From Octopus vulgaris (taxonomy: Eukaryota), in NCBI GenBank assembly GCA_951406725.2, contig OX597828.1, positions 15,748,001-15,812,000 on the forward strand: DNA of 64,000 bases. The letters are read 5' to 3'. Of the stretch, positions 41,687 to 53,618 are shown one piece after another. Position 1 is the stretch's first letter. The number at the start of each line of letters is the position of its first letter. Made by a program: the position numbers and the translations under genes. Below the pieces are notes generated by a model. That model was not told the origin of the DNA. It ran no database searches and worked only from the letters and a program-made list of their open reading frames with translations.

Positions 41687-42213
41687 AATATATAGTCTAT
41701 TGACTAATTTTTTCTTTCTCGCTAGATCACTGGTAGCAAAGAATTTTTCTATGAATATTCTTGCTACCCTAAGATTTTAATTAATGATAAAATGTTTTTA
41801 TATAAATATATATATATATATTTATATATATATACGCACACAATCATACATGGGCTAGGTTGCTATTTAGTTAGCTTATTTAGGAGTTATAGGTTTACTT
41901 GCTGAATTTATTTACCGATACTGTTTTTTGTACATTGAGTATATGTGTTACTTTGTTGTGGTTTAATTAATAATGTTAGTGTTTAATCCTTAGATTGAAT
42001 GAATGTGGTGATATCTATGGTATATTTGTTCTAATACAAAACTTATTTTAGTGCTGTTGACACCACTGGATTGAATGGTACTGCCCAGGTGTCGAAACCA
42101 TAGCGATATCCATGGGGCAGCTGATGAAGGAGGTATGTTGGATTGTTGGTATGGCTGTTAGTGTATGTGCAGAATAGTTTTATATCACATCTATTTGATA
42201 TATATATATATAT

Positions 42214-42421
42214 AATATGAAATAGTGTACATTTAAGCACAAGAGAAAACTACCCTTTAACAGGTAATTTTTACACGCTAGAGCATAGACTCCAAATGTC
42301 AATGACTTTTCCATTCTTCTTGAGTGTTGAAATAATACTCCTGGCTGCTTCTTCTAGCATGTAAAAATTGCCTGTTAAAGGGTAGCTTTTTCTTGTGTTT
42401 AAATGTACACTATTTTATATT
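42214..42421. repeat. Inverted repeat (~69-bp arms) enclosing a decayed Penelope-like/hammerhead fragment
   Basis: AATAGTGTACATTTAA...CTACCCTTTAACAGG.AATTTTTACA.GCTAG versus its reverse complement at 42353-42421. The loop matches the reverse complement of 39545-39607. Confidence 0.8.
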
Positions 42422-42630
42422 AAAAATATATTGTCTGTTGACTATTTATACATGCTAGGCCGCTGGTGGTGATATTTCCAAAGAATATTCGCTACCCTAT
42501 ATATGTATATATATATATATCTATCTATCTATCTATCTATCTATATATATATATATATATACACCGGAGTAAACACATAAATGTGAAACAAGGTGCAAAA
42601 AAAGAGTACTCAAATATCAGGGGTAGAGTA

Positions 42631-42796
42631 ATATGCTTTATTTAAAAGTAGCAGAAATTCAACAAAACCTGTTACTCGGAGTTTCACGTTCCCATTCGTC
42701 GGACAGTTTTGTTAACAAAACTGTCCGACGAATGGGAACGTGAAACTCCGAGTAACAGGTTTTGCTGAATTTCTGCTGCTTTTAAATAAAGTATAT
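42631..42796. repeat. Loopless palindrome, 83-bp arms, centred on GTT|AAC (42713/42714)
   Basis: Arm-to-arm comparison shows 3 mismatches. Confidence 0.95.
42717..42763 (+). ncRNA. Type I hammerhead ribozyme-like fold (mirror copy on - strand at 42664-42710)
   Basis: AAAA CUGU CCGACGA AUG ggaa CGU GAAA CUC c GAG UA ACAG g UUUU. Stem I CUGU/ACAG, stem II AUG/CGU, stem III ACUC/GAGU, GUA triplet at 42752-42754; U4C variant. Confidence 0.7.
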
Positions 42797-42909
42797 GTAT
42801 ATATATATGGTCTAGAGTAATTGTATGTAATTTTTGTTGAATATTTGAGTCTTTTCTGTTTCCTCTTCACTAAAACAAACCTGTTTGGTAATTTTATCTC
42901 CTTTTATAG

Positions 42910-42984
42910 TGTGACAAACTCACTGAAGATGAATCTAAATAGACTACTTGGAGACTCAGTAATAGAAAACACAAGAAAATATAG
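42910..42984 (+). CDS. 75-nt exon of an unidentified gene; open frame VTNSLKMNLNRLLGDSVIENTRKY, ATG at 42929
   Basis: Acceptor ATTTTATCTCCTTTTATAG| and donor TAG|GTAAGC; symmetric phase 2-2; the ATG has A at -3. No protein family recognised. Confidence 0.6.
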
Positions 42985-44399
42985 GTAAGCTTGCTTTTAT
43001 TTTTATTCTACACATTTGCACTGTTGAGAAAACTTTATAGCCTTAGCTCCAGTAAATCTAAGGTCTGATCTAGTGAATCTATTGTCAAAATTCATTTTGC
43101 CCATGACTATTGCATTGTTTTTAACCAATGTGTCCCTTTACTTTTGAGGTGGTAATGCGTGATTTAAAGGGTATTTCTAGTAAGTTGGTTTACCAAATAG
43201 TCCCACAGGTAATTCCATTTCATTGTGTAGGACATTGTGATACAAATTTACAATTTATAATATGAACTGAGAGAGTCTTTACTTCATAGATCACTCTGTT
43301 AGAAATAACAGCTTAATCTCTCTGAAATCACATTTCTATTTTTTTTTTTTTATGAGGAGAAACTATTAGATAATGTAGTTCTGCATACTTTCTTTAGAAG
43401 GCTGATTTATCAGCAAGAAATCGATGGAATAAGTACCAGACTTAAACAAAAGCACTGGAATTGATTCATTCCACTAAAATTCTTCAAGGCGGTGCCCCAG
43501 CATGGCCACAGTATAATGACAGAAGCAATTAAAAGATAGATTAGATTTGATGTTGGGGTGGGTAAACACCAACAGTATAACATTTAATATGTAGAATTTT
43601 TCATTGAATACCTTTTAATGATTTTGGCCTTTTTTCCCTCAAGGTTTACACTTCATATTGTAATCTTTTATCTCACTTGTTCCATATTTTGGTAAATGTT
43701 TAAGGAAATTCCATCATTGTTTTCATTGTTCCACCAGCTTTTCTATACTTGCATGGGTTGGCCTGGGCTTTTTGAGGCAGTGTTTCATAGCCAGAGACAC
43801 TTTCCGTGATGCTAATCCTTTCAGTTACCTCTTACAGGTATATGGTGTACCTATTATAAAAGCTAATATACTCATGGCATCTGAGATGCAGTGTCTTGAT
43901 ATATTTTCTATTCAGTGTACTTGCTGGATTGGCCTGCTTGAGTGTATGCTTGGCTTTTTTGGGTAACAGATTCAATTTATGATCAAAGGGTCGTGGGTTC
44001 AATTCTGCTGTGCAGCACTGTAGACAAGGGTCTTTTATATCTTGGCAGCAACCCTTACTGCACAGGAACTGAGTATATTTGGTTCCATGCATGTGCACTT
44101 GAGACGCAGGGACCAAGTTAACTTGTTTTTGATTGTGGGGTACTTTCCAGAAGTTTCTGCATTTCATATGATGGCCAATAGAAAAGGATTTTGAGAACTG
44201 ATTTGCATGCGATTAGTGTGTTACATCTCCAGCAAAAGTTTAATGAGCACTGTGAAGGTTAAACAGAGTGTACTCCTTTCTGTGTACTCGGAGGGTGGGG
44301 GTCTCTAGACTGAGAACACCAAGATGGTCTTTCTTCCTCCACCAATCTTGTAGAGGCACTGCAAAACTGTTCAAAGATGTCCTTTTTTTGACTAAATAT

Positions 44400-44972
44400 A
44401 GGTGTGGCTGTATAGTAAGAAGTTTGTTTCACAGCACATGGTTCTGTGTTCAGTTCCACTTTGTGGCACCTTGGGCAGATGTCTGCTATAGCCTCAGGCT
44501 GACTAAAGCCTAATGAGTGGATTAGGTTGACTGAAACTGAAAGAAGCTATCATAATATATATATATATATTGTGTGTTTTTGTGTCTGTGTTTGCCTCCA
44601 CACCACTGATTGACAACTGATGTTGGTGTGTTTACATCCCAGCAGCTTGACAGTTCAGCAAAAGAGACCATTAACCGTTTCATTACCAACCCGGCTGAAG
44701 CCGGCTCTGGCTCTGAGTGCAAATGTCTTGTTTTCATAAGTTTTGAATTAAAAAACCCTCATCTAACTTTAGTCACAATTTACGTTCCTAACACTAACTG
44801 AATGATAGCTAAGTTATTTTACTAAATTCTTTGTTATATTTAAAGTAATTGAAAGAAACACAGAGCATCTCAAAAGGGTTAAAATAAGTATTGGGGTTGA
44901 ACTGTTTGATTAGAATTCTTCAATGCAGTGCCCCAGCATGGCCACAGTTTATGGTTGAAACAAGTAAAAGAT
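44400..44972 (+). mobile_element. SINE family A interrupted by a piggyBac-like MITE (44675-44878)
   Basis: TTAA|CCGTTTCATTACC...AAAGGG|TTAA lies inside the SINE 3' half; the MITE is homologous to 49350-49569. Confidence 0.8.
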
Positions 44973-45151
44973 ACTTATAAGAACTACTCTTAATAGGTAT
45001 TCTATGGAATGATTTTGGTTAATGAATTGTCATCACTCTCATAGCATTGCTTGCATGGGTTAGATGGATTTCATGGAGGCAGATTTTCTATATCCAGATA
45101 CCATTCTTGTTGTCAACTCTTACCTGTTTTCAAGCAATATATTTTCCCCAT

Positions 45152-45388
45152 AAGGGCAGCGAGCTGGCAGAATCGTTAGCATACCGGGCGAAATGCTTGG
45201 CACTATATCATCTGCCGTTATGTTCTGAGTTAATCTTCTGCCGAGTTCAACTTTGCCTTTCATCCTTTCGGTGGGGTCGATTAAATAAGTACCAGTTATG
45301 CACTGGGGTCGATGTAATCGACTTAATCCCTTTGTCTGTCCTTGTTTGTTCCCTCTATGTTTAGCCCCTTGTGGGCACTAAAGAAATA
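45152..45388 (+). mobile_element. Full-length SINE family B (Meta-domain-like) with ~15-bp TSD
   Basis: TSD AATATATTT(T)CCCCAT at 45136-45151 and 45389-45403. The central GCCTTTCATCCTTTCGG..GGTCGATTAAATAAGTACCAG resembles the Meta SINE domain as I recall it. Confidence 0.8.
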
Positions 45389-46381
45389 AATATATTTCCC
45401 CATGGCTCGACACGTTTCTGCAAGCTGTTGGTAATAAATAGTATTACACGTCCAGATAAGGACACACATACACACACACACAAGCAAGCAAGCATATGAG
45501 AGTGTTTCAGTTTTCGTTTACTGAATTCAGTCACAAGTCTTTGGTCAGCCAATGACTACAGTAGAAAATACTTGCCCAGAGTGCCACACGATGGGACTGA
45601 ACCTGAAACCATGTGGTTGGGAAGTACACACAGAGGAGACTGCATTAGTACAGGTATCATCACCATCATCATCCAGTGTTTTAAATCTGAGTTTTGTCCC
45701 TGTTTACGGAGGTGGCCAGATCTACCTCAATGCCATAGCAACTGAGGAAGGCAGGTGCAGCCCACCCCAACCTTTGGGCTGGCTGGTGCCCATTCTCCTT
45801 TGCTTTCATGAGGCTTTTTTGGAGCTGGATTTTCTACAGGGAGCATGCCCTTGCTTACTCCCAACCTCAGTTTTTGGACATGAGTGGTCTCAAGACCAAG
45901 GCCTCTACCACGATTTTTAAGAAATGTGGTGGAAAACTAGCTCAGGAAGGCAGGGACGCTACTCCCTGAGACCCCTTTCGGAGCCCCCTACCTAATGTAT
46001 GATGTACAGTAATCCTATGCCATATCGTGGTTCATTATTTAAGCCTACGTTGATTCCTCTGGTGTTTTGCATTTATGATAAAATGTACAAATTATAAAAA
46101 TAATAAAAAATAAATACAGTACTGTTTCTACTTCATGGATTTTCACCTATCGCGGGGGGTTTTGGAATGTAATGCCTGAGATAGTCGAGGGATTACTGTA
46201 TATGGAAAATGATAGGTAAAGAAGTGCTAAGCTGTCCAGGTGGGAAGAACATAGCGAAGAATAAAGTAGACATGAGAAATGGTAATAGATGATGTTAAAG
46301 TACCGAACCTCACAAAGGGATTGGCAAGGGATTGTGATAAATGAAGTGCTATGCTGGAGAAGACATTCCTAATTCCATGCA

Positions 46382-46797
46382 ATCATCATCATCGTTTAGC
46401 GTCCGTTTTCCATGCTAGCATGGGTTGGACGGTTCTACTGGGGTCTGTGAAGCCAGAAGGCTTCATCAGGCCCAGTCAAATCTGGCAGTGTTTCTATGGC
46501 TGGATGCCCTTCCTAATGCCAACCACTCCGTGAGTGTAGTGGGTGTTTTTTACGTGCCACCCGCACAAGTGCCAGACAGAGCTGGCAAACGGCCACGAAC
46601 GGATGGTGCTTTTTATGTGCCACCGGCACGGGGGCCAGGCGAGGCTGGCAACGGACACGAACGGATGGTGCTTTTTACGTGCCACCGGCACGAGGCCAGT
46701 CGGGGCGGCGCTGGCAACGGTCGCGAAACGGAAGGTTCTCTTACATGCCACCGGCACTGGTAACACATCTGCAATTTCCATTGATCGATTTCGATTG
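46382..46797 (-). mobile_element. Retroposon family C ((GAT)n tail, internal GTGCCACCGGCAC repeats)
   Basis: Reverse complement of GTTGGCATTAGGAAGGGCATCCAGC...CAACCCATGCTAGCATGGAAAACGGACG...GATGATGAT. Four internal ~55-65-bp repeats at 46545-46760. Confidence 0.75.
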
Positions 46798-47061
46798 TGG
46801 GGAAAATGGATTTAAAAAATGCTGATGGTTTCAACCATGTTTCTTAATGTACATAAGGAACTTTTGTTACTTACAGTGTTGCTGTTTTTTGTTCCACTCC
46901 TTATTTAGTCATGTGACTACACTGTGGGGTTAAGAACCCTGCTTTACTAGCATGTGGTTTTAAGTTCAATCCCATTGCACAGTGCTTTGGGCAAGTGTCT
47001 TCTACTATAACTTGGGGCCTTGTGAGTGAATTTGATAGATGGAGCGTATGTGGAAGCCTGT

Positions 47062-47420
<359 letters not shown>

Positions 47421-47425
47421 TATGT

Positions 47426-47760
47426 CAACATCAAAATATAAATCAAATAGAAATTGTAGTTAAGATGCCCATGCCGGTGAAACGTAAAAAGCACCGTCCG
47501 AACGTGGCAGATACCAGCGCCGCCTGACTGGCACCATCTGATCATGGCTGTTTGCCAGCCAGCTCTGGCCCCTGTGCGGTGGCACGTAAAAAACACCCAC
47601 TACACTCACAGAGTAGTTGGCATTAGGAAAGGCATCCAGCTGTAGAAACACTGCTAAATCAGACCAGAGCCTGGTGCAGCCTCTATGGCTTACCAGACCC
47701 CAGTCAAACCATCCAACCCATGCTAGCATGGAAAATGGACGTTAAATGATGATGATGATG
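47426..47760 (+). mobile_element. Retroposon family C copy
   Basis: Inverted homologue of 46382-46797. Further copies at 53353-53585 and 60374-60577. Confidence 0.75.
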
Positions 47761-48819
47761 TGTGTGTGTCTTTGAGTTTATCTCTCCTCCACTGCTTAAC
47801 AACTGATGCTGGTTTGTTTATGTCCCTATAACTTCGTGATTTGGCGAAAAAGACCAACAGAATAAGCATCTGGCTTACAAAAAATAAGTACCTGGGGTCA
47901 ATTTGTTTGACTAAACCTTTTGAGGTAGTGCCCCAGCATCTTTATGTTCATTTTTCACTTTATATGTTATTATTCAGCCCTGGTCATCCCTGGTCCAGCA
48001 GACCTGTTATCCCAAACATTCCAACCATGCCTATCCCACCCCATCATATTTTCAGATAGTGCTACTTTAGCACATATATTTTTTCTCTATCACTTTTTTT
48101 CCCTCTGTATTGTCAGTAGGGTGTGATTTGAAGGTCATTTGGTTGCTATTTCTAATAGTCCAGTTTGACCACCTTGTTGGCTTGTCTTTTATATTATAAG
48201 AATTTGATCTAGTCTATTTCCATACCAAACTCTCTCTCTCTCTCTCAAACTGTACTTATGTGGCATGTGATATTTTTTTTATCTGAGATAACTGTTGGAA
48301 GTGAACCAACTAACATTCTGCTGGCTATTGTACTTAGCAAAGATACATACTGTTATAGTAATATATATTGATATTTAGAATTAATAGGTGTCAAGGTCTT
48401 TTGTTGTGCATTTTCATCCTAGTCGTAGTGTCAATGACCAGGTTTGTAAATCTACCTATTTATATTGTTACAAAAAAATAGGTGAGTATGCTATGATATC
48501 TGCTGGTTAGGAATAACAGGGAAAGGAGACAGGTTCAGTTTTCTACTATAGCCTCGGGCCGACCAAAGCCTTGTGAGTGAATTTGGTAGACGGAAACTGA
48601 AAGAAGCCCATCATATACACACACACGTGTCTCTGCTTGTTCCCCACCACCACTTGACAACTGGTGTTGGTGTGTTTGTTTTATTTGCAGTTTGGCAAAA
48701 GAGACCAATAGAATAAGTACCAGGTTTGAGAAAATAAGTCCTAGGGTCGATTTGTTCAATTAAAATCCTTGAAGGCGGTGCCCTGGCATGGTTGCATTCA
48801 AATGACTGAAACAATGTAT

Positions 48820-48853
<34 letters not shown>

Positions 48854-49349
48854 TTCAGTGAAGGCACATGGCTTAGTGGTTAGGGTGTTGCACTTAAGAT
48901 TGCTAGATCGTTGGTTCGATTTCCATACTGGATGTTGCGTTGTGTTCTTGAGCAAAGCACTTCATTTCACGTTGCTCTGTGATCATTTCAACATCTGACA
49001 TGTGGCACCCAGTTGCTCTTGAGCTGCTTAATACCTTGTGGGTAGGAAACTGGTTGTGCATGCATTTTGCATGGGTCTAAAAACTGGTGTTGTTTACTTT
49101 GTGTCCATTTATTTCTTGTAAATTAGTGTTTTTAACAAATTAATTGATAAAGGAAGAAGCAGACTGAAATATATACGAGGCTTGAGTTTGTCAACTGAGC
49201 CCTTGAAAACAGTGCCCCAGTATGGTGGCAGTCAAATGACTGAACCCAGTAAAAAAGGATATTGGTTCTAGTAAGTTTTGTCTGGGAAAATTTAGGCATG
49301 TGAAGTATGTCTTTTATTCAGTAGTTATTTATAATTAATTACACTTTAA

Positions 49350-49569
49350 CCCTTTCGTTACCAACCCGTCTGAAACCGGCTCTGGCTCTGAGTACTAATG
49401 TCTTGTTTTCATATGTTTTGAATTAAAATCTTCCACCAAATCTTAGTCACAATTTATGTTCCTAACACTAGCTGAATGATAACCAAGTTATTTTACTAAA
49501 TTCTTTGTTATATTTTAAGTATTTGAAAGAAATACAGAGCATCTCAAAATAAATACAGTAACTAAAGGG
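49350..49569. mobile_element. piggyBac-like MITE
   Basis: TTAA TSD on both sides; TIRs CCCTTTCGTTAC / GTAACTAAAGGG (11/12). Confidence 0.85.
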
Positions 49570-49589
49570 TTAAGTACTAAAAGGGTAAA

Positions 49590-49915
49590 GCACATGGTTC
49601 AGTGGTTAGAGCATAGGGCTCACAATCACAAGGTAGTGAGTTCGATTCCTGGACCGGGCTGTGTGATGTGTTCTTGAGCAAGACACTTTATTTCAGGTTG
49701 CTCCAGTTCACTCAGCTGTAGAAATGAGTTGCGATGTCACTGGTACCAAGCCTTTGCCTCTCCCTTGGATAACATCGATGACATGGAGAGTGGAGGCTGG
49801 TATGCATGGGTGACTGCTTGTCTTCCATAAACAACCATGCCCGGACTTTCCCTTAGAAGAGAACTTTCTAGGTGCAATCCCATGGCCATTCAGACTGAAG
49901 GTGGTCTTTACCCTT
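49590..49915 (+). mobile_element. tRNA-derived CORE-type SINE family E
   Basis: A-box TGGTTCAGTGG, B-box AGTTCGATTCC, CORE-like TGTGTTCTTGAGCAAGACACTT and CACTCAGCTGTAGAAATGAG. Homologues at ~38800-39130 (-), 40133-40350 (-) and 48862-49010 (+). Confidence 0.8.
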
Positions 49916-51145
49916 TTAAGTACTGTTTTGTTTACTAGGATTGCCTTTTTTGAAATATAAGCACAAATATCATCATTTATCATTCACTTTTCCATGCTTA
50001 CATGGGTCAATATGGAAATTTGCTTGGGCAGATTTTCTATGCCTGGATGCCCTTCCTCTTGCCAGTTTTCAACTGTTTCCAAGCAAGGTGATATTGCCCC
50101 ATGATCGGGCACATTTTTCATAGAAGACTGGAAATGATCAACTTGCTTGTATGTATAAATATATTAGAATGATGCATGTGGGTGAGTTTTGAGTGTGTCT
50201 ATGGCCTGCAAAGTTCTTCAAATCTTGTTTTGTTGTTCCTGTTACTGCAGAAATCATGAACAGCTACCACTGCATGTTTTCACTGTTAGTCTCTCTTCTA
50301 TCTCTTCTTTCCCCACTCCCTCCTCTCTCCTTGGAGCAGTACACACACACACATGTATAATTTACTCTTTATTTAATTCTCTCTTTTTGTAAACATGTAG
50401 CTACACATAGTTTCTCTTTCTCTCTACCCAAAAAGACACTCTGGTCACGTCTGTATACTTGAAAGTTACATTGGTTAATGATCTCGTAGAGTAGTGGAAA
50501 TGCTAGAGAGCTTAACTAATTGTCATATATATCACCCCCTCATAGTTATCATCTCAAACTCTGCTTGGCCTGATTTATATCTCCCATTCAATCCTGCGCC
50601 CAATAACTCTTATTGTCAAGTTTACTAGAGCTGATTTAATTTACTGTCTCTTCTTGCAAAATTGGTTATGTGGTTTGTCAAAGATAATGATTTTATTTTT
50701 TTTTATCAAATTATATACCATGAATTCTATTTATCAAATTTATGTCATATTGTTTTTAAATCCTATGGTTTCATTTTTTTTCTTTTTATGAATTTCTGAA
50801 AGAGCTCTGTGTGGTTGCTTGAACTGCTTGAAATAACAGCCAAATTTTCTGTGTATTATATTTTCCTGTCTTTGAACAAGAGATGAACGTATTGGTTAAT
50901 CTGTATCTGTGAGGTACTGAAATGTTCCTGGCTTTAAGTGTATCATGAAATACTTGGCTGGAGGCCCAACCCTCTGAGTTCTTTTACAAGAGTTTAGAAA
51001 ACTAAAGAACTGCTGCAATAAGCTTGTGTATCTGAGAGGAGAATATGTTGAATAAGATCATAATTAACTGACTGTCCTGTATTTTCTTTTACCCAAAGCC
51101 AGGAACTTTTCAGCATCCCCTCATATACATATATATATATATGTG

Positions 51146-51445
51146 GAGATGCAATGGCCCAGTGGTTAGGGCAGCGGACTTGCGGTTGTAGGATCGCGGT
51201 TTTGATTCCGAGACTGGGCGTTGTGAGTGTTTATTGAGCGAAAACACCTCTAAAGCTCCCCAAGGCTCTGGCAGGGGGTGGTGGCGATGCCTGCTGTACT
51301 CTTTCGCCACAACTTTCTCTCACTCTTTCTTCTGTTGGCCTGCTCACTTAACCAGCGGGGTGATGTCACTTGAAATTTAAAACAATGCGCTTCGCATTGT
51401 GACCAGCGATGTGTAGCAACATCTGATAGCCTGGTCGGTCATGGT
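51146..51445 (+). mobile_element. tRNA-derived SINE (distinct family)
   Basis: A-box TGGCCCAGTGG and B-box GGTTTTGATTCC, then GTGTTTATTGAGCGAAAACAC; flanked by (TA)n. Confidence 0.7.
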
Positions 51446-51518
51446 GATATATATAGTCTCCATGATAAAGCGTTAGCTACTGCACACATTTTTTTCTCCC
51501 CTAGCTTTTTCTGTGTCC

Positions 51519-51554
51519 CTTTCTGTAGAAGAGCGTAGGCTCGAAACGTAAAAG
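51519..51554 (+). ncRNA. Minimal type I hammerhead ribozyme-like fold
   Basis: CUUU CUGUAGA A GAGC guag GCUC GAAA CG UA AAAG, with a GUA triplet. Same family as 21723-21760. Confidence 0.6.
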
Positions 51555-51638
51555 ACTTTTTCTATTCCTGAGCATTATACTAAAACATCTGTTTGTTTTC
51601 TACACCATCTGTCTTTTGTTTTTTTTCGTAAACTCTCC

Positions 51639-51677
<39 letters not shown>

Positions 51678-52943
51678 ACAATTTATAAACAAACTGAAGG
51701 GTATTGAGTTTGATTAACATAGCTGCCTGTTGGCAATTTTTTCCTGTCTTATGAGGGTAAATACCCAGTTTCTCTGCAGTTTTTCACAGCAATACTGCAT
51801 TCCAAATGTTTTCTCTTGTAGTATATGTAAACATACATACACTATTTGGTGCAGGGCAAATAAAATGGGATGGTCACAGCTAGAATGCCTTTGATCTTAA
51901 GTTTGATTGATCAGAGCCAATCTGGGGGTATAAACCTGGTGTTTTAATATATGAGCTTATGATATGCGTCAGTGCTCAGGAGCACGGCAACTCATCAGAA
52001 AAAGTTAAAAGAAGGTACAATGAGCAAACATACATTAAGTAAAGAAAGACAGCAATGGAAGTTAGCAGTATACACACAAGACCCAGAATATAGGGCCAAA
52101 ATAAAGCAAAGTGAACATCAAAAGAGAGTAATATTGGTGAATTTCAGGAAGTATGGAACTTTTGAAGGATGCAGTTTTGTGATAGTCCAGAAAGCACATA
52201 AGTTTGTTTATTCCATGCTTTGACAATTCTGAGCATGAAGCATATATTTCCATTTTATTCTGGGGGAAAAAAAAAGAGCAAAAAACTTTTACATTTGGTG
52301 ACAGAAAGGTCCTCCAGCGATAGAAAATTTGCTTCAACAAATTTCATGTGACCCTTGCAAGCATGAAAAATGGACTTTAAATGATGATAATGATGTCAGC
52401 TTTGAAAATGATGATGATGATGTTAGCATTGAAAACTTTTCATTAACTTAAAAGCTAATAGTTCCTCTATACCATCATTAATTTGTTTCCATTTTTTAAG
52501 GCAGAATCTGTAGAATGGAACTCATTGCTGTGACTATCCTGCTTCACCTCACCTCTATAGCACAAAGTTTTGAGGAACTTGAATGAATATTACTTTCAAA
52601 GTACTATTTGGCCTACGTACATATTTGTGTTTGCATTAATTTTGGGGTTATTTTAACTCTTACCATATTTCTACTGAAATACATTTGTTTCTTTTTTGAA
52701 AATAATGAAGGATTAACTTTATTAAATTTGCATTTAGAACATAACTTGAAATTTTGCTGGAAAGTTTTAATTTAGCTTCTTGTAATACAGGGAGTTGGTA
52801 TCGGAACCAGAGGTGACCTCATGTGTGTAGGTATCAAAAAAGTTAAAGGAATTTTTAGGAGTAACAGAACATGGAACTTGAATTTTCATTACTAAAAGTG
52901 GTGTCAATAATTATGTTCATATCGAGTCACAAGATTAAAACCT

Positions 52944-53090
52944 TCCTCCAAGACACCTGAAGAAGGCTGGAGGGTATATCAGCCGAAATGTTGTGTTAAC
53001 AACAAGGAAGATGAGGACAAATATCCGTCGAATGTAAATAATGTGAATCATGTAAATAATGTACCTAATTCATCATCTCTTAAATAGAGA
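52944..53090 (+). mobile_element. 147-bp retroposed insertion carrying a hammerhead fold, 15-bp TSD
   Basis: Perfect TSD ACAAGATTAAAACCT at 52929-52943 and 53091-53105. Confidence 0.85.
52952..52997 (+). ncRNA. Type I hammerhead ribozyme-like fold
   Basis: GACAC CUGAAGA A GGCUGG agggUAUA UCAGCC GAAA UG UU GUGUU. Stem I is 5 bp, stem II 6 bp, with a canonical CUGANGA. GAAAUGU is probably a CpG-decayed GAAACGU. Confidence 0.7.
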
Positions 53091-53582
53091 ACAAGATTAA
53101 AACCTGTTCATAACTATTATTAACAAGGTGGGTAAGGGACTGTTTTGAGGGGAACATGTATCTTCTTTCTGTTAGATAGCTTAACGGGTGTGACTAGGTT
53201 CCATTTCTGTAAACTGAAACATAATTTATTATAGTCAAGTCCCATATTACAGAATATCACTCACTACTCCTTGAGATATTGATTGCATTTTTGCATCTGT
53301 AAGCCTTGCTCACATGAACAAAATGCAGGACATATAATATATATATATATATCCGTGCTGGTGGCATGTAAAAAGCACCATCTGATCGTGGCCGTTGCCA
53401 GCCTCGTGTGGCACGTAAAAAGCACCCACTACACTCATGGAGTGGTTGGCGTTAGGAAGGACATCCAGCTGTAGAAACATTGCCAGATCAGACTGGGCCT
53501 GGTGCAGCCTTCTGGCTTCCCAGACCCCAGTTGATCTGTCCAACCCATGCTAGCATGGAAAGCGGACGTTAAACAATGATGA

Positions 53583-53618
<36 letters not shown>

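Noticed and set aside
42085-42135. GAAAC...CTGATGA arrangement suggesting a type II hammerhead
   Set aside because: There is no U16.1/NUH partner for stem III and no closing stem II; at most a truncated PLE fragment.
49590-49665. tRNA gene-like sequences (also 48862-48930 and 51146-51215)
   Set aside because: They have A/B boxes but no proper acceptor stem, and they continue into SINE bodies, so they are SINE heads.
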